Source: Candidatus Poribacteria bacterium (lineage in GTDB: Bacteria; Poribacteria; WGA-4E; WGA-3G). Taken from it: a DNA stretch of 64,000 nt. The stretch covers positions 3,328,001 through 3,392,000 of the forward strand of contig OZ243938.1 of the NCBI GenBank assembly GCA_965214095.1. The letters run 5' to 3'. Within the stretch, counting starts at the first letter, position 1; each line of letters begins with the position of its first letter. The notes under the pieces were generated by a model. The model saw nothing but the letters and a program-made list of their open reading frames with translations. It made no database searches and was not told the DNA's origin. A program made the position numbers and the translations under genes. This document shows positions 39,501-49,965 of the stretch, piece after piece.

Positions 39501-41768
39501 ATGAGAACCTTAGTTGGCACATTCTTATCAATTTTGATATTGATCTCATCCAACGGGTACACACAAGAGTATACAACATGGGGACTACCAGAAGGAGCTA
39601 AAGCGCGCCTTGGTAAAGGGGAGGTAACTACAATCGCATTCTCTCCAGACGGTTCAAAACTCGCAGCGGCGAGTTCTGTTGGGATTTGGATTTATGATGT
39701 CCATACTGGTAAAGAACTCGCGCTCCTTCCATCACATAGTGGAGTGATATCCAGTCCAAAACAGATTTATTCTACCGCAACAAGTAAGAGTGTAATTCCA
39801 ACTATTAATACTGTTGTATTTTCTCCGAACGGTCAATTACTGGCAAGCGCAAGTTTAGACAGGACTATTAGTGTATACGATCTCTCAACTTATCGACTAC
39901 GCCACACGTTCAACAAAAACGAAAAAAGCAAACTTTATTTATCAGCAAGAAAACCACTCGTTGTGTTGGCTTTTTCTGCTGATGGACAGACCCTTACAAG
40001 TCTACATAAAACTGATCAACGTAGGATGAAAGTGTGGGATATCAACTCAGGGAAAATGATTTCTGAGGTATCTGGTCGTATCGGTGATAGAACTAAACAA
40101 GACGATAATCCCTTGCAGGTGTTGGCACTCTCACCTGGTGGATCTACCTTCGCTGCAACAAAATCAAGAATTACACATGTTAATGATATACCTGAAACAG
40201 AGATAGCGTTTGGTAATGTTCGCACTGGAGAACTGGAACTCCCACAGATTAGAGTTAGGTTAATTCCACCTGATCCACTAAAAAATATGAATACGGAATC
40301 GGTACATCCGATTAGCGATCTGATATTCTCTCCAGACGGAACAATGCTGGCAGGAATAGAAACCAGAACGAGTAGAGCAGGGAATCGGGCAACAATCCAA
40401 AATAATAGGATTACTAAACACACCTCTGTCCGATTCTGGTATGTGAACACAGGACGCGAAGCCTCCTCCATAATTCCACAGCAAGCAGATAGTTACCGAA
40501 AGGTATTATTCACTGCGTTTTCACCCAATGGTCTAAGGTTTGCCACCGTTAATCAAGGAACTAACATAGCACAAATCTGGGATGTTGAAACAGGCAAGTT
40601 ACTATCAACTATCACCGTTCAAACGCCTGAGTTTGCATCACCTTGGCATAAGAGTAGTATAAACACATTTGCTTTTCACCCTACGGAAAATACACTTGCT
40701 GTTGCAGCACATGAAAGAACGAATGGAGTAAACACTACCCTCCAATTGTGGAACATAAACACGGGTATACATATTTCAACTCTCTCAGTACATCCAATGC
40801 TATACCCTTATGTGATACATGAAGATTCTATGTTATGTATTAATGGTTTTAATTTCCAAGTCCGAGATGTCAACACTGGTAGGGAGTTGCAAGATTTAAA
40901 TCAGATATGGGAAAATCTCTTTGAACATTTCAAGAAAGTTGATAAGGTTCAGATATATATTGCTTTATCGGATTACAAAACCTATGCTTTCGCTGCTGAA
41001 AATGGTTCTTTGGAATTGTGGAACATGCAGACAAAAGAACGACTCCACAAACTTAGAGGTCATAAGTCGAAAATAAATACATTGGCTATTTCCAAAGATG
41101 GCACTATCCTTGCCAGTGGTAGCCAAGATAAAACTATACGGTTGTGGGATACTCGCACTGGCACACAAATCCGAATTCTTACGAAACATGTAAAATCAGG
41201 TAAAAGTCAGGTGTTGTCAAACGGATATAAACGGTCAAGTGCTGAATTGGTCAATAATTTAGAATTTTCAATGGACGGTAAAATACTTGCCGCTGCAAGT
41301 GAGCATGGTACAATCTGGTTGTATGAACTCAGCACTGGTAAATTGCTAACGACATTTACCGCACAGGAAGCAGCAGCCGATGGACTCATGACTGGAACAG
41401 GTTTATCAAAAATCGGGCTAACATTCTCTCCAGATTCAAAACGTTTTGCAAGTGGAGGCATAGATGGACAGGTAATAGTATCTGAAGTTAGTAGTGATCC
41501 AACGCCTCTATTTCAATATGAACATGATTGGTCGGCACAGACACTCGCATTCTCTTCTGATGGTAAACTTCTTGCCAGTGGCAGTAGAGATACAACCATA
41601 CGTATATGGAATACCGAAACTAAGACTGAATTAGGAGTTCTCAGAGGACATGTAGGTGCAATTCTTACATTGGGATTTTCCAAGGACGCATCAACACTTG
41701 TCAGTGGTAGTTCCGATGGCACAATCCTTCTATGGGATTGTGAAAGAATTGCTGATATGGATCAGTAA
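39501..41768 (+). CDS. Secreted WD40 repeat protein
   Basis: Signal peptide, WGLPEGAKARLGKG, many FSPDG...ASGS-x-D-x-TIRLWD repeats. Confidence 0.92.
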   Translation: MRTLVGTFLSILILISSNGYTQEYTTWGLPEGAKARLGKGEVTTIAFSPDGSKLAAASSVGIWIYDVHTGKELALLPSHSGVISSPKQIYSTATSKSVIPTINTVVFSPNGQLLASASLDRTISVYDLSTYRLRHTFNKNEKSKLYLSARKPLVVLAFSADGQTLTSLHKTDQRRMKVWDINSGKMISEVSGRIGDRTKQDDNPLQVLALSPGGSTFAATKSRITHVNDIPETEIAFGNVRTGELELPQIRVRLIPPDPLKNMNTESVHPISDLIFSPDGTMLAGIETRTSRAGNRATIQNNRITKHTSVRFWYVNTGREASSIIPQQADSYRKVLFTAFSPNGLRFATVNQGTNIAQIWDVETGKLLSTITVQTPEFASPWHKSSINTFAFHPTENTLAVAAHERTNGVNTTLQLWNINTGIHISTLSVHPMLYPYVIHEDSMLCINGFNFQVRDVNTGRELQDLNQIWENLFEHFKKVDKVQIYIALSDYKTYAFAAENGSLELWNMQTKERLHKLRGHKSKINTLAISKDGTILASGSQDKTIRLWDTRTGTQIRILTKHVKSGKSQVLSNGYKRSSAELVNNLEFSMDGKILAAASEHGTIWLYELSTGKLLTTFTAQEAAADGLMTGTGLSKIGLTFSPDSKRFASGGIDGQVIVSEVSSDPTPLFQYEHDWSAQTLAFSSDGKLLASGSRDTTIRIWNTETKTELGVLRGHVGAILTLGFSKDASTLVSGSSDGTILLWDCERIADMDQ

Positions 41769-41887
41769 CCCAGACGATCCTCAATTCAGACCAACCCCAT
41801 TTTTCATTGACACTTCCCCCTGTATGTTGTAAAATAGAACAAAAATAATAGCGACGATCCTATCATCATCGTCAGCAAGGAGACATC

Positions 41888-43708
41888 ATGAAACCTAAAC
41901 ACATCTTATATCAAACAGCAACAGCACTGATTATCACACTCCTTTTTGTGTTACCACTGTCAGCAGACGATCATCAAGAAGAGGCGACAGCATCCCTAAA
42001 AAAATACGTTGAATTCACACTAAGCGGCACCTATTCTGATACCAAAGAGATGAGTATCTTTGGCACCGCTACAACGAAAACACTACGCGGACTATTTAAG
42101 AAACTGGACGTTCTCAAAAATGACCGTAAAGTTGCCGGAATCGTATTCAAAATCGGCAACCTCGGGATAGGATGGGCGAACCTACAAGAAATTAGAGAAA
42201 AACTCAGCGAATTACGTGATGCTGATAAAGAGATGATCGCCTATCTTGAAGGTGGTAGCAATGCAGCTTATCTACTTGCAACGGCAATGGATCGGATTGT
42301 GTTAATGCCTACTGGCAGTCTCAATCTAATCGGTCTCCGTTCCGAAATCATCTTTTTAAAAGGGTTATTGGAAAAACTTGATATTGAAGCGGATATGCTT
42401 GCAATGGGTAAATTCAAATCCGGCGTTGAGCCTTATACCCGTGACAGCATGTCGGATGAGTTCCGTGAATCAATGACAGTTCTACTTGACGATCTATATA
42501 ATCAAATGTTGGAAAAGATCGCTGACGGTAGAGACGAAATTACGCCTGAAAACGCAGCAGACTTGATTGATAGCGGTCCTTTCACGGCACAAGAGGCACA
42601 TCTCGCCAAACTCGTTGATGAACTAAAATATTACGATGAACTCCTTGAGGCAATAGATGAAGAAAAAGAGGGTGAAGCACAAGTCGTTAAAGAGGCTGAT
42701 ACAAAAAAACGAAAGGTGCCGGATATGAATAGTTTTGCTGGCATGATGCAGCTGTTTAGTATGTTCAGTCCGCCACAGCGTGCAAAGGCACGTCCCGCAG
42801 ACAAGCAGATCGCTCTCATATATGCCAGCGGTCCCATTTTACCTGATATCAACTCACCATTTACTACCACGTCAATGATTACCCCTAAAACGTTGAAAAA
42901 AGCGTTTAAGAAAGCACGTGACGACGATGCTGTTCAGGCGGTTGTGTTGCGTGTGGACAGTCCCGGTGGTTCTGCGCTTGCATCTGACCTGATATGGCGA
43001 GAGGTAATGCTAACGCAACGCGAAAAACCTGTTATTGTATCAATGGCAAATATGGCTGCCTCTGGTGGGTATTATATCTCAATGGCTGCACAAAAAATCG
43101 TAGCACAACCCGGCACGCTTACCGGTTCAATCGGGGTCTACGGTGGCAAACTTAATCTTAAAGGTCTCTATAACAAAGTCGGTTTGAATAAAGAAATCAT
43201 CGCACATGGAAACAACGCAACAATCTATTCGGATTACGGAAACTTTACGGAGTCAGAACGCGAACGCGTTGAAAAGATGATGGAAACCGTCTATGAACAA
43301 TTTGTGAACAAAGCAGCTGCCGGTAGACAAACCACCTTTGACGAAATCGATGCAGTCGCACAGGGACGAGTCTGGACTGGAAAACAGGCAAAAGAACTCG
43401 GACTCGTGGATGAACTCGGTGGTCTTGACACTGCGCTCGCTATCGCTAAGAAAGAAGTGGGAATTACAGATAAAGATAAAGTGGACATCGTTGTGCTACC
43501 AGAGCAGAAAACCTTCTTTGAACAGGTTATGGAAAGCATGCTTGATGAAGAGATGAGCATCTCAGAAACATTGTCTTTACAGTTGGCACAAAACCATCCG
43601 CTATTTCCGATACTAAAATCGCAATGGCATCGGATAATGACATGGTTAACGCTATTTGAAAATGAACGGGTAGTTACTGCATTACCTTATGATATTATAA
43701 TTCGGTGA
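41888..43708 (+). CDS. sppA: Signal peptide peptidase SppA, 67K type
   Basis: GKFKSGVE, LRVDSPGGS, AASGGYY, TGSIGV, QGRVWTG. Confidence 0.95.
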   Translation: MKPKHILYQTATALIITLLFVLPLSADDHQEEATASLKKYVEFTLSGTYSDTKEMSIFGTATTKTLRGLFKKLDVLKNDRKVAGIVFKIGNLGIGWANLQEIREKLSELRDADKEMIAYLEGGSNAAYLLATAMDRIVLMPTGSLNLIGLRSEIIFLKGLLEKLDIEADMLAMGKFKSGVEPYTRDSMSDEFRESMTVLLDDLYNQMLEKIADGRDEITPENAADLIDSGPFTAQEAHLAKLVDELKYYDELLEAIDEEKEGEAQVVKEADTKKRKVPDMNSFAGMMQLFSMFSPPQRAKARPADKQIALIYASGPILPDINSPFTTTSMITPKTLKKAFKKARDDDAVQAVVLRVDSPGGSALASDLIWREVMLTQREKPVIVSMANMAASGGYYISMAAQKIVAQPGTLTGSIGVYGGKLNLKGLYNKVGLNKEIIAHGNNATIYSDYGNFTESERERVEKMMETVYEQFVNKAAAGRQTTFDEIDAVAQGRVWTGKQAKELGLVDELGGLDTALAIAKKEVGITDKDKVDIVVLPEQKTFFEQVMESMLDEEMSISETLSLQLAQNHPLFPILKSQWHRIMTWLTLFENERVVTALPYDIIIR

Positions 43709-43720
43709 TTAGGTGTAAAT

Positions 43721-44524
43721 ATGAATAACAAAGACTTTCAAGTTGATGTAACTGACGAACAGGTTGCCTTTTTCCAAGAAAACGGATATCTGAGCATTCC
43801 ACGCATCACAACGGATGAAGAGATTGAATGGCTAAAAGGTATCTACGATAAACTCTTCAATGATCGCACAGGTGAGGAACAGGGACGTTATTTTGATTTA
43901 GCAGGTCCCCGTGCACATACTGGGAAAGAGACGTTACCACAAGTCTTAGGTCCAGAGGGACAATTTCCCGAACTCCGAGAATCTATCTATTTCCATAACG
44001 CACGCAGGCTCGCAGCAAAACTGCTCAGTGTTGAAATGGAGAAGGTGGGTGGTGGTGGACACATGATATTGAAACCCGCACACTATGGAAACGAAACGCC
44101 TTGGCATCAGGACGAAGCATATTGGAATCCAGAAGTCTTACCCCATAGTTTGAGCGTATGGCTGCCGTTGGACAAAGCCACGCTTGAAAGTGGATGTCTC
44201 CAATTTATCCCAAAATCCAATAAAGGTGATGTGCGTTGGCATCGGCACATTAACGATGACCCGCTTGTGCATGGCTTGGTGACAGATGATGTTGACCCAT
44301 CCGAAGCAGTCGCATGTCCTATACCTGCAGGCGGTGCAACGTTCCATCACTGCAGAACTTTACACTATTCCGCACCAAACAGCACAGACCAAGAACGTAG
44401 GGCATATATCCTTGTCTTCAGTGGTCCACATCAGAAATTAGAAAAACCAGCAGAACGTCCGTGGATAAAAGAAGAACAGGAGGCATTGGCGAAGTTAAAG
44501 TCGTTAGCGGTGGATAGGGAATAG
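43721..44524 (+). CDS. Phytanoyl-CoA dioxygenase (PhyH) family Fe(II)/2OG oxygenase
   Basis: WHQD, VWLPLD, GCLQFIP, LHYSAPN...RRA. Confidence 0.9.
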   Translation: MNNKDFQVDVTDEQVAFFQENGYLSIPRITTDEEIEWLKGIYDKLFNDRTGEEQGRYFDLAGPRAHTGKETLPQVLGPEGQFPELRESIYFHNARRLAAKLLSVEMEKVGGGGHMILKPAHYGNETPWHQDEAYWNPEVLPHSLSVWLPLDKATLESGCLQFIPKSNKGDVRWHRHINDDPLVHGLVTDDVDPSEAVACPIPAGGATFHHCRTLHYSAPNSTDQERRAYILVFSGPHQKLEKPAERPWIKEEQEALAKLKSLAVDRE

Positions 44525-44560
44525 AAATTTAAAATAGTAGGCACACTAAATTAATCAACA

Positions 44561-44596
44561 ATGCGTGATGTACAACCACAAGAAATACATTTGTGA
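44561..44596 (+). pseudogene. 11-codon minigene, probable remnant of a deleted toxin gene
   Basis: MRDVQPQEIHL*. Its TGA overlaps the GTG start of the antitoxin (GTGA). Confidence 0.4.
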
Positions 44597-44973
44597 GAAA
44601 AATGGGAATATGGCGCGAGTACCTTATTGAAAAACTTGCTGACAGGGAAAGCGCAATTAACTATCTCCAAGCTATCCTTGAAGACTATCAAATCTTTGAG
44701 GATTCGACAGTAGTTCTAAGAGCTCTCCATACCGTTGTTGAAGCACAGGGAGGTATTTCTGAACTAGCAAAGCAGACAGATATTGCACCACAAGTGCTTT
44801 CAAAAGCACTTTCTAATGAAGATACACCTTTGATTGGTGTTTTAACAGTTGTCCTTAAAGCACTTGGTCATCAACTTTCGATCCAACCCATAGACTCTGA
44901 AAACCTAAACCTTGAAGCGTATACTGATGTATTAGAAACACAAAACACATCGACACAGATAGCAGAAAATTAG
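44593..44973 (+). CDS. Putative addiction-module antidote (HTH antitoxin)
   Basis: YLQAILED...LRALHTVVEAQGGISELAKQT...KALS...LKALGHQL. Confidence 0.8.
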   Translation: MRKMGIWREYLIEKLADRESAINYLQAILEDYQIFEDSTVVLRALHTVVEAQGGISELAKQTDIAPQVLSKALSNEDTPLIGVLTVVLKALGHQLSIQPIDSENLNLEAYTDVLETQNTSTQIAEN

Positions 44974-45036
44974 TTACAGGCAAAGGAACATGAGAAAGTG
45001 AAACTAAAATCAATAGTAGTAGATAGAAAATAACAA

Positions 45037-45156
45037 CTACATAAATGCAGCCTCATCTTCAGCGACAGCTGCATCCTCTGTTTGTTGTTCGTAGTGTGTA
45101 ATGACACTTTGTACGCGCGCTTCATCCCACCCAGGCGGAAACTTATTCTGCGTCAT
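45037..45156 (-). CDS. 39-aa small protein, conserved-hypothetical or antitoxin-like (possibly truncated)
   Basis: MTQNKFPPGWDEARVQSVITHYEQQTEDAAVAEDEAAFM, with RBS aaggag. Not in the ORF track. Confidence 0.6.
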   Translation of the reverse strand: MTQNKFPPGWDEARVQSVITHYEQQTEDAAVAEDEAAFM

Positions 45157-45356
45157 TTGTTTCTCCTTCGTCAGTATACCATTTTCTGGATTATGATAAA
45201 AACGAATGTCCACTATATTCCTGAATCAATTATAGTGGACAGCAAGTCCAAATCGCAAATCGTTTTTTAATTTACAAATCCCTTGAATTCACATAGCAAT
45301 CGTGTTATACTTCATAGTGTATGTAGAGTTTCAGAATAAGTAAAGGGTACGAAACC

Positions 45357-46388
45357 ATGAACATCTTCTGCACAGGTATCAGTTGCTCAGGACGTAAAGA
45401 ACTCATCAAAGACTTTGAAGCACTCTGCGTCCAACGACAACTCAACATCGGCTTCTTCAACATTGGCGACTACATGCACCGAGTCGCAGCAGAAGCACGT
45501 GTTCACTTCACAGAAAAAGTCCTAGACTCCGACCCAGCAGTTCTATCCTTAGCGCGCCATAATGCCTTCTACGAAATCGCACGAGATGCACAAGCATATC
45601 AGCATGCGATCATCGGGTTGCACGCCTGTTTCCGATGGAGAGGTAGTCTACAAGAAGGATTTACATTCAAAGACATTGAAATCCTACCACCCGATATGTT
45701 CATCAACGTAGTAGACAACATTGCCGACATCTACGGACGGATGGAAAAAAACACCCAATGGGCAGGCCTACAAAAGACAGCACTCAATGTCTGGTTAGAC
45801 GAGGAAGAATTCCTCACCAGACACCTCGCGCATCTTACAGAAAAACCGTATTACACCGTGGCACGGCAGCACGATCTCGCAAACTTCTATGAACTCCTAT
45901 TTACAGACAAACCCAAATTCTATCTCAGTTATCCGATAACACTCCTAAGAGACACACCAGAAGAAATAAAGAAAATCCGTGAGTTAGGTAATAGGTTATC
46001 CCGATCATACATCTGCTTCGATCCGCTTGCAATCAAGGACATGGCACTCGTCACCTTCTCAAAAGCAGAAAATGACGACCTAGATTTAGATGTCCCAGAA
46101 ACGATGAGCGAATTAGATGATCAGGTAATAGAGCAGATAAAAACCCGAACCATCTCGCGCGATTATCAATTTGTCCATCAGAGTGATTTCGTCGTAGTCA
46201 TCTATCCGACAGACAAATTATCTCCCGGTGTTCTCAGTGAGATGAATTATGCCACACGACATAACAAACCGGTGTATGCTGTCTACAACGAAACCCGCAG
46301 CATCTTCTTTGAAAACCTATGTGACAAGATCTTTGACACTTATGAGGAGTTAGACGACTTTTTGAAACAAACATACCCAGTTGGATAA
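45357..46388 (+). CDS. Archaeal-type adenylate kinase-like domain fused to a nucleoside 2-deoxyribosyltransferase-like domain
   Basis: N-terminal variant P-loop TGISCSGRK, IIGLHACFRW. C-terminal FYLSYPIT...FDP...SRDYQFVHQSDFVVV...SPGVLSEMNYA...KPVY. Confidence 0.65.
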   Translation: MNIFCTGISCSGRKELIKDFEALCVQRQLNIGFFNIGDYMHRVAAEARVHFTEKVLDSDPAVLSLARHNAFYEIARDAQAYQHAIIGLHACFRWRGSLQEGFTFKDIEILPPDMFINVVDNIADIYGRMEKNTQWAGLQKTALNVWLDEEEFLTRHLAHLTEKPYYTVARQHDLANFYELLFTDKPKFYLSYPITLLRDTPEEIKKIRELGNRLSRSYICFDPLAIKDMALVTFSKAENDDLDLDVPETMSELDDQVIEQIKTRTISRDYQFVHQSDFVVVIYPTDKLSPGVLSEMNYATRHNKPVYAVYNETRSIFFENLCDKIFDTYEELDDFLKQTYPVG

Positions 46389-46440
46389 AAAATAGATAAA
46401 TTAAAATCTACTGTAATTGAACATATACAAGGAAGTATTA

Positions 46441-47568
46441 TTGCTAAATAAAAAGAGAATCCAAAAAGCACAAGATAGAATGAAGCAGCAAGGAATTGAT
46501 GCATATCTCATTCTCACACATGATGATTATATCTATTTTTTTGGCGAAGATCGGTATCAACCCAGGGCGGTAATCCCTGCTGAAGGTCCACCCATAATTG
46601 TCACATTTTCTGGAGAGGAAGCTGAAGTAAGAGAATCAATCGGAGCAAGTGATGTACGAATCTTCGGTTCAGTGGGGCAACAGATCAAAGATGTCGTCCA
46701 AGTGATGCGCGGTATGATAGGCAACAAGGACAAACTTAAAGTAGGTGTTCAGATGTGGTTCGGCACTCCTGCGTTCCTATTGAACATGTTCCAGAAAGCA
46801 AATCCGAGCGTTGATGTAGTGAATATTGCATCAGTTATGGATGAACTGCGAATGGTGAAGGACGCATCTGAGATAGCACTCATGCAACATGCAGCAGCAA
46901 TTGCTGAGATAGGTATGGAAGCAGCTGTCAATACGCTAAGACCGGGTATAACAGAAAATGAAGTTGCTGCAGAAGTAGAATACGCCATGCGGAAAGCAGG
47001 AGGACACGGAGTCGCAACACCTGTATACGTCAACTCGGGGATACGTTCAGGATGGTTGCATGGCACCGCCTCTGACAAAATAATTGAAAATGGAGACCTT
47101 GTTGTTCTTGACTTGGTTCCCAAGTATAAAGGTTACTGTGCAAATCTATGCAGAACGTTTGTAATTGGGAAACCTAACGCCGAACAGGAGGAATTGTTCA
47201 TAACCTACAAGAACGCACAATCTGCTGCTATAGATGCGTTAATACCGGGAGCGAAGATCCGTGATGTTGATGCTGCAGCAAAGAAAGTTGTCACTGAAGC
47301 TGGCTACGGAGAATATTATGTTGCTGGCATTAGTCATAGCATAGGATTGAGTTTTGAAGAGACCCCTGCGCCTACAATACATCCTGGAGATTCCGGCATT
47401 CAAATTCGTGAAGGGATGACAGTAACCGCTGGTCATCCTGTGCTTTCTGTTCCTGGAATAGGTGGGGTTAGGTTGGAAGACACATTTCACATTTCATCAG
47501 GAGTAGCAAAACCTTTAACAGACTTCCCTTCAGAATTAGAGTTGGAAAAATATGAGATAGAAATTTGA
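46441..47568 (+). CDS. M24 (Xaa-Pro peptidase/creatinase) family protein
   Basis: LRMVKDASEI, PGITENE, HSIGL, GVRLED. Start uncertain. Confidence 0.85.
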   Translation: MLNKKRIQKAQDRMKQQGIDAYLILTHDDYIYFFGEDRYQPRAVIPAEGPPIIVTFSGEEAEVRESIGASDVRIFGSVGQQIKDVVQVMRGMIGNKDKLKVGVQMWFGTPAFLLNMFQKANPSVDVVNIASVMDELRMVKDASEIALMQHAAAIAEIGMEAAVNTLRPGITENEVAAEVEYAMRKAGGHGVATPVYVNSGIRSGWLHGTASDKIIENGDLVVLDLVPKYKGYCANLCRTFVIGKPNAEQEELFITYKNAQSAAIDALIPGAKIRDVDAAAKKVVTEAGYGEYYVAGISHSIGLSFEETPAPTIHPGDSGIQIREGMTVTAGHPVLSVPGIGGVRLEDTFHISSGVAKPLTDFPSELELEKYEIEI

Positions 47569-47569
47569 T

Positions 47570-47706
47570 TATAGTAAAATCTGAAATTAACAATACACTT
47601 TACATTTAGAAAAACGCGTTTATAGTCGCGCAATTCATTGCGCCTCTTACATTGTATGAATATGCAATTGGGACAATATGTTTCATTAATTGTCCGTTTT
47701 ACTATA
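47570..47706. repeat. 137-bp MITE family B, copy 1
   Basis: TIR tatagtaaaa...ttttactata. Near-identical copies at 56117-56253 and 63434-63570. Confidence 0.9.
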
Positions 47707-47748
47707 GTATCCATTGAGAAGTCCTTATTCAGATAAAAAGAAAACATC

Positions 47749-48654
47749 TTGACTATGAAAATAGCCATCCTTTCCCGTGGACCCCAAAATCACTCAACTC
47801 GCAGCCTTGTTGAAGCTGCCCAAAAAGCAGGACACACAGCCAACGTCTGCGACCCATTCGGATTCTACTTACAAATCGGTGGAACCGGACACCGAATTAT
47901 TTATGAAGGTGTGCCAGCAGAAAATTATGATGTCGTTATTCCAAGGCTCTCAGGCGCGACGGCACGATACGGAGGAGAAGTCGTCTCACACTATGAATGG
48001 GCAGGCATTCCTGTTGTGAATTCTGCAAGCGCAATCGCTGAAGCACGTCACAAGTTCAAATCACTACGTATTCTTGCACAACACGGCTTACCAATTCGAC
48101 CCAGTCTCACCGTCGGTTCAGCAACCTATTTAGAAGATAAATCGCAGGAAATAGGAGACTATCCCTATATCATCAAACCGTTCTACGGCACACACGGAAT
48201 CGGGGTTATGCTATTAGACACCCCTACCTCTCTCACCTCAACGGTAGAAGCGATGTGTGACCTACATCGAGATTACATCATTCAATCCTTTATTGCAGAA
48301 GCTGCAGGCGTAGATATCCGCGTTCTCGTTATTGGTGGAGATATAATCGCAGCGATGGAAAGATCTGCAGTCCCTGGAGAATTCCGATCAAACATCCACC
48401 AAGGAGCTCATGGAAAGCAGATCACACTCACAGACGAAAACAAGCGAATTGCAATTGATGCCGCATCCGCATTGAATTTAGACATTGCTGGCGTGGACAT
48501 AATGAAAACAAAAAACGGACCTGTCATTCTTGAAGTCAACCCGTCTCCTGGATTTGAAGAGTTGGAATCTGTATCGGGAATAGATATTGCAAAATCAATG
48601 ATTGACTTTGCAATCTATCTCGCTGAAAATGCACCTAAAGGATCAAGAAATTAA
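47749..48654 (+). CDS. rimK: RimK-family ATP-grasp alpha-L-glutamate ligase
   Basis: KIAILSR, VIPR, KPFYGTHGIGV, DIRVLV, EFRSNIHQG, AGVDI, LEVNPSPG. Confidence 0.88.
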   Translation: MTMKIAILSRGPQNHSTRSLVEAAQKAGHTANVCDPFGFYLQIGGTGHRIIYEGVPAENYDVVIPRLSGATARYGGEVVSHYEWAGIPVVNSASAIAEARHKFKSLRILAQHGLPIRPSLTVGSATYLEDKSQEIGDYPYIIKPFYGTHGIGVMLLDTPTSLTSTVEAMCDLHRDYIIQSFIAEAAGVDIRVLVIGGDIIAAMERSAVPGEFRSNIHQGAHGKQITLTDENKRIAIDAASALNLDIAGVDIMKTKNGPVILEVNPSPGFEELESVSGIDIAKSMIDFAIYLAENAPKGSRN

Positions 48655-48670
48655 TACAATTGCCGTGTTC

Positions 48671-48702
48671 GTAGTCGCGCAATTCATTGCGCCTCTTACA
48701 TT
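48671..48702 (+). repeat. Stand-alone REP-like core of MITE family B
   Basis: gtagtcgcgcaattcattgcgcctcttacatt without the TIR arms. Confidence 0.75.
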
Positions 48703-48767
48703 CCAATTCAAATAAGAAAGTCCATTTATAGAATTGGTATCGCTTCCCAAAAGGTTGGGTTAATTAA

Positions 48768-49949
48768 TTGACTTCCCATCAACGAAAAATCCTGATGTTC
48801 AATCACGAATTCCCGCCTATAGGCGGTGGTGGAGGTTGGGTTAGTTATTATTTAGGCAAACATTACGCAAATGCTGGACACGATGTACATCTCATCACAT
48901 CACAATTCAGTGACTGCAAAAGCATGGAGGAAGTAGATGGAATCCATATACATCGCGTACCTGCCTTACGCAAAAATCCGAATGTGTGTGCTGTCCACGA
49001 GATGTTCACTTACGCAATAAGTTCCAGCATCTACGGATTGAAATTTGCAAAGCAGTTCAAACCCGATATCGTCCAAGTCTTTTTCGGTATACCCGCCGGA
49101 GGTGGTGCTTTTCTACTAAAGAAATTCAGAAATGTTCCTTATGTTGTCTTTTTAGGTGGGAGAGATGTGCCACGTCACGACCCCGATCCACCTTACTACC
49201 GATGGTTATACATGCTCCTAAAACCGATTATCCGTGCAATATGGAGGAATGCTGCAGCGGTCGTTTCCTGTAGTGAAGGACTGCGAGACCTTGCACAAGC
49301 AACCGACAGAGGTGTTAACATAGACATCATACCGGACGGTTTAGACCCCGACAGTTTTGAACCGACACAGCGCGAGGCACATCCAAAGGTAGTTAGATGT
49401 TTATCCATCGGCAGGCTTATTCCACGCAAAGGATTTCAATTTCTCATTCAGGCACTACCACAGATACTTGACAAAGTGAAGCATAAATTTGAGATTGAGA
49501 TTGTCGGTGACGGACCTCATGAGGAAGAACTTATAAAGATAGCAAAACGTCTTAACGTGAATTCTTATATTCATCTTACAGGTGCGGTGGAATATTCAGA
49601 ATTACCACAGAAATACCGCGACGCAGACATTTTCATTCTACCTTCACTTGCTGAAGGCATGCCCCTTGTCGTATTAGAAGCGATGGGGACAGGACTACCG
49701 ATTATCGCAAGTCGTGTTCAAGGGATTGACGAACTTGTCGCAGATGATGTCAACGGTGCACTGTTTGCCCCAGGTGATGTTGATGGTCTGGCAGAATGTA
49801 TTATCAAACTCATAGACGCAGGACAAACACGCCTTGAAATGGGAAACGCAAGTATAGAAATGCTAAAACAGAACGAACGATACAATTGGAAAAACATCGC
49901 TGAGGAATATCTCACACTCTATGACAACATTCTAACAAAAGACCCGTAA
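48768..49949 (+). CDS. Glycosyltransferase family 4
   Basis: EFPPIGGGG, IGRLIPRKG, EGMPLVVLEAMGTGLPII. Confidence 0.93.
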   Translation: MTSHQRKILMFNHEFPPIGGGGGWVSYYLGKHYANAGHDVHLITSQFSDCKSMEEVDGIHIHRVPALRKNPNVCAVHEMFTYAISSSIYGLKFAKQFKPDIVQVFFGIPAGGGAFLLKKFRNVPYVVFLGGRDVPRHDPDPPYYRWLYMLLKPIIRAIWRNAAAVVSCSEGLRDLAQATDRGVNIDIIPDGLDPDSFEPTQREAHPKVVRCLSIGRLIPRKGFQFLIQALPQILDKVKHKFEIEIVGDGPHEEELIKIAKRLNVNSYIHLTGAVEYSELPQKYRDADIFILPSLAEGMPLVVLEAMGTGLPIIASRVQGIDELVADDVNGALFAPGDVDGLAECIIKLIDAGQTRLEMGNASIEMLKQNERYNWKNIAEEYLTLYDNILTKDP

Positions 49950-49965
49950 GAGCGTCCTGCCAGGA

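Noticed and set aside
47487-47768. 93-aa minus-strand ORF
   Set aside because: It spans a family B MITE and overlaps two real genes.
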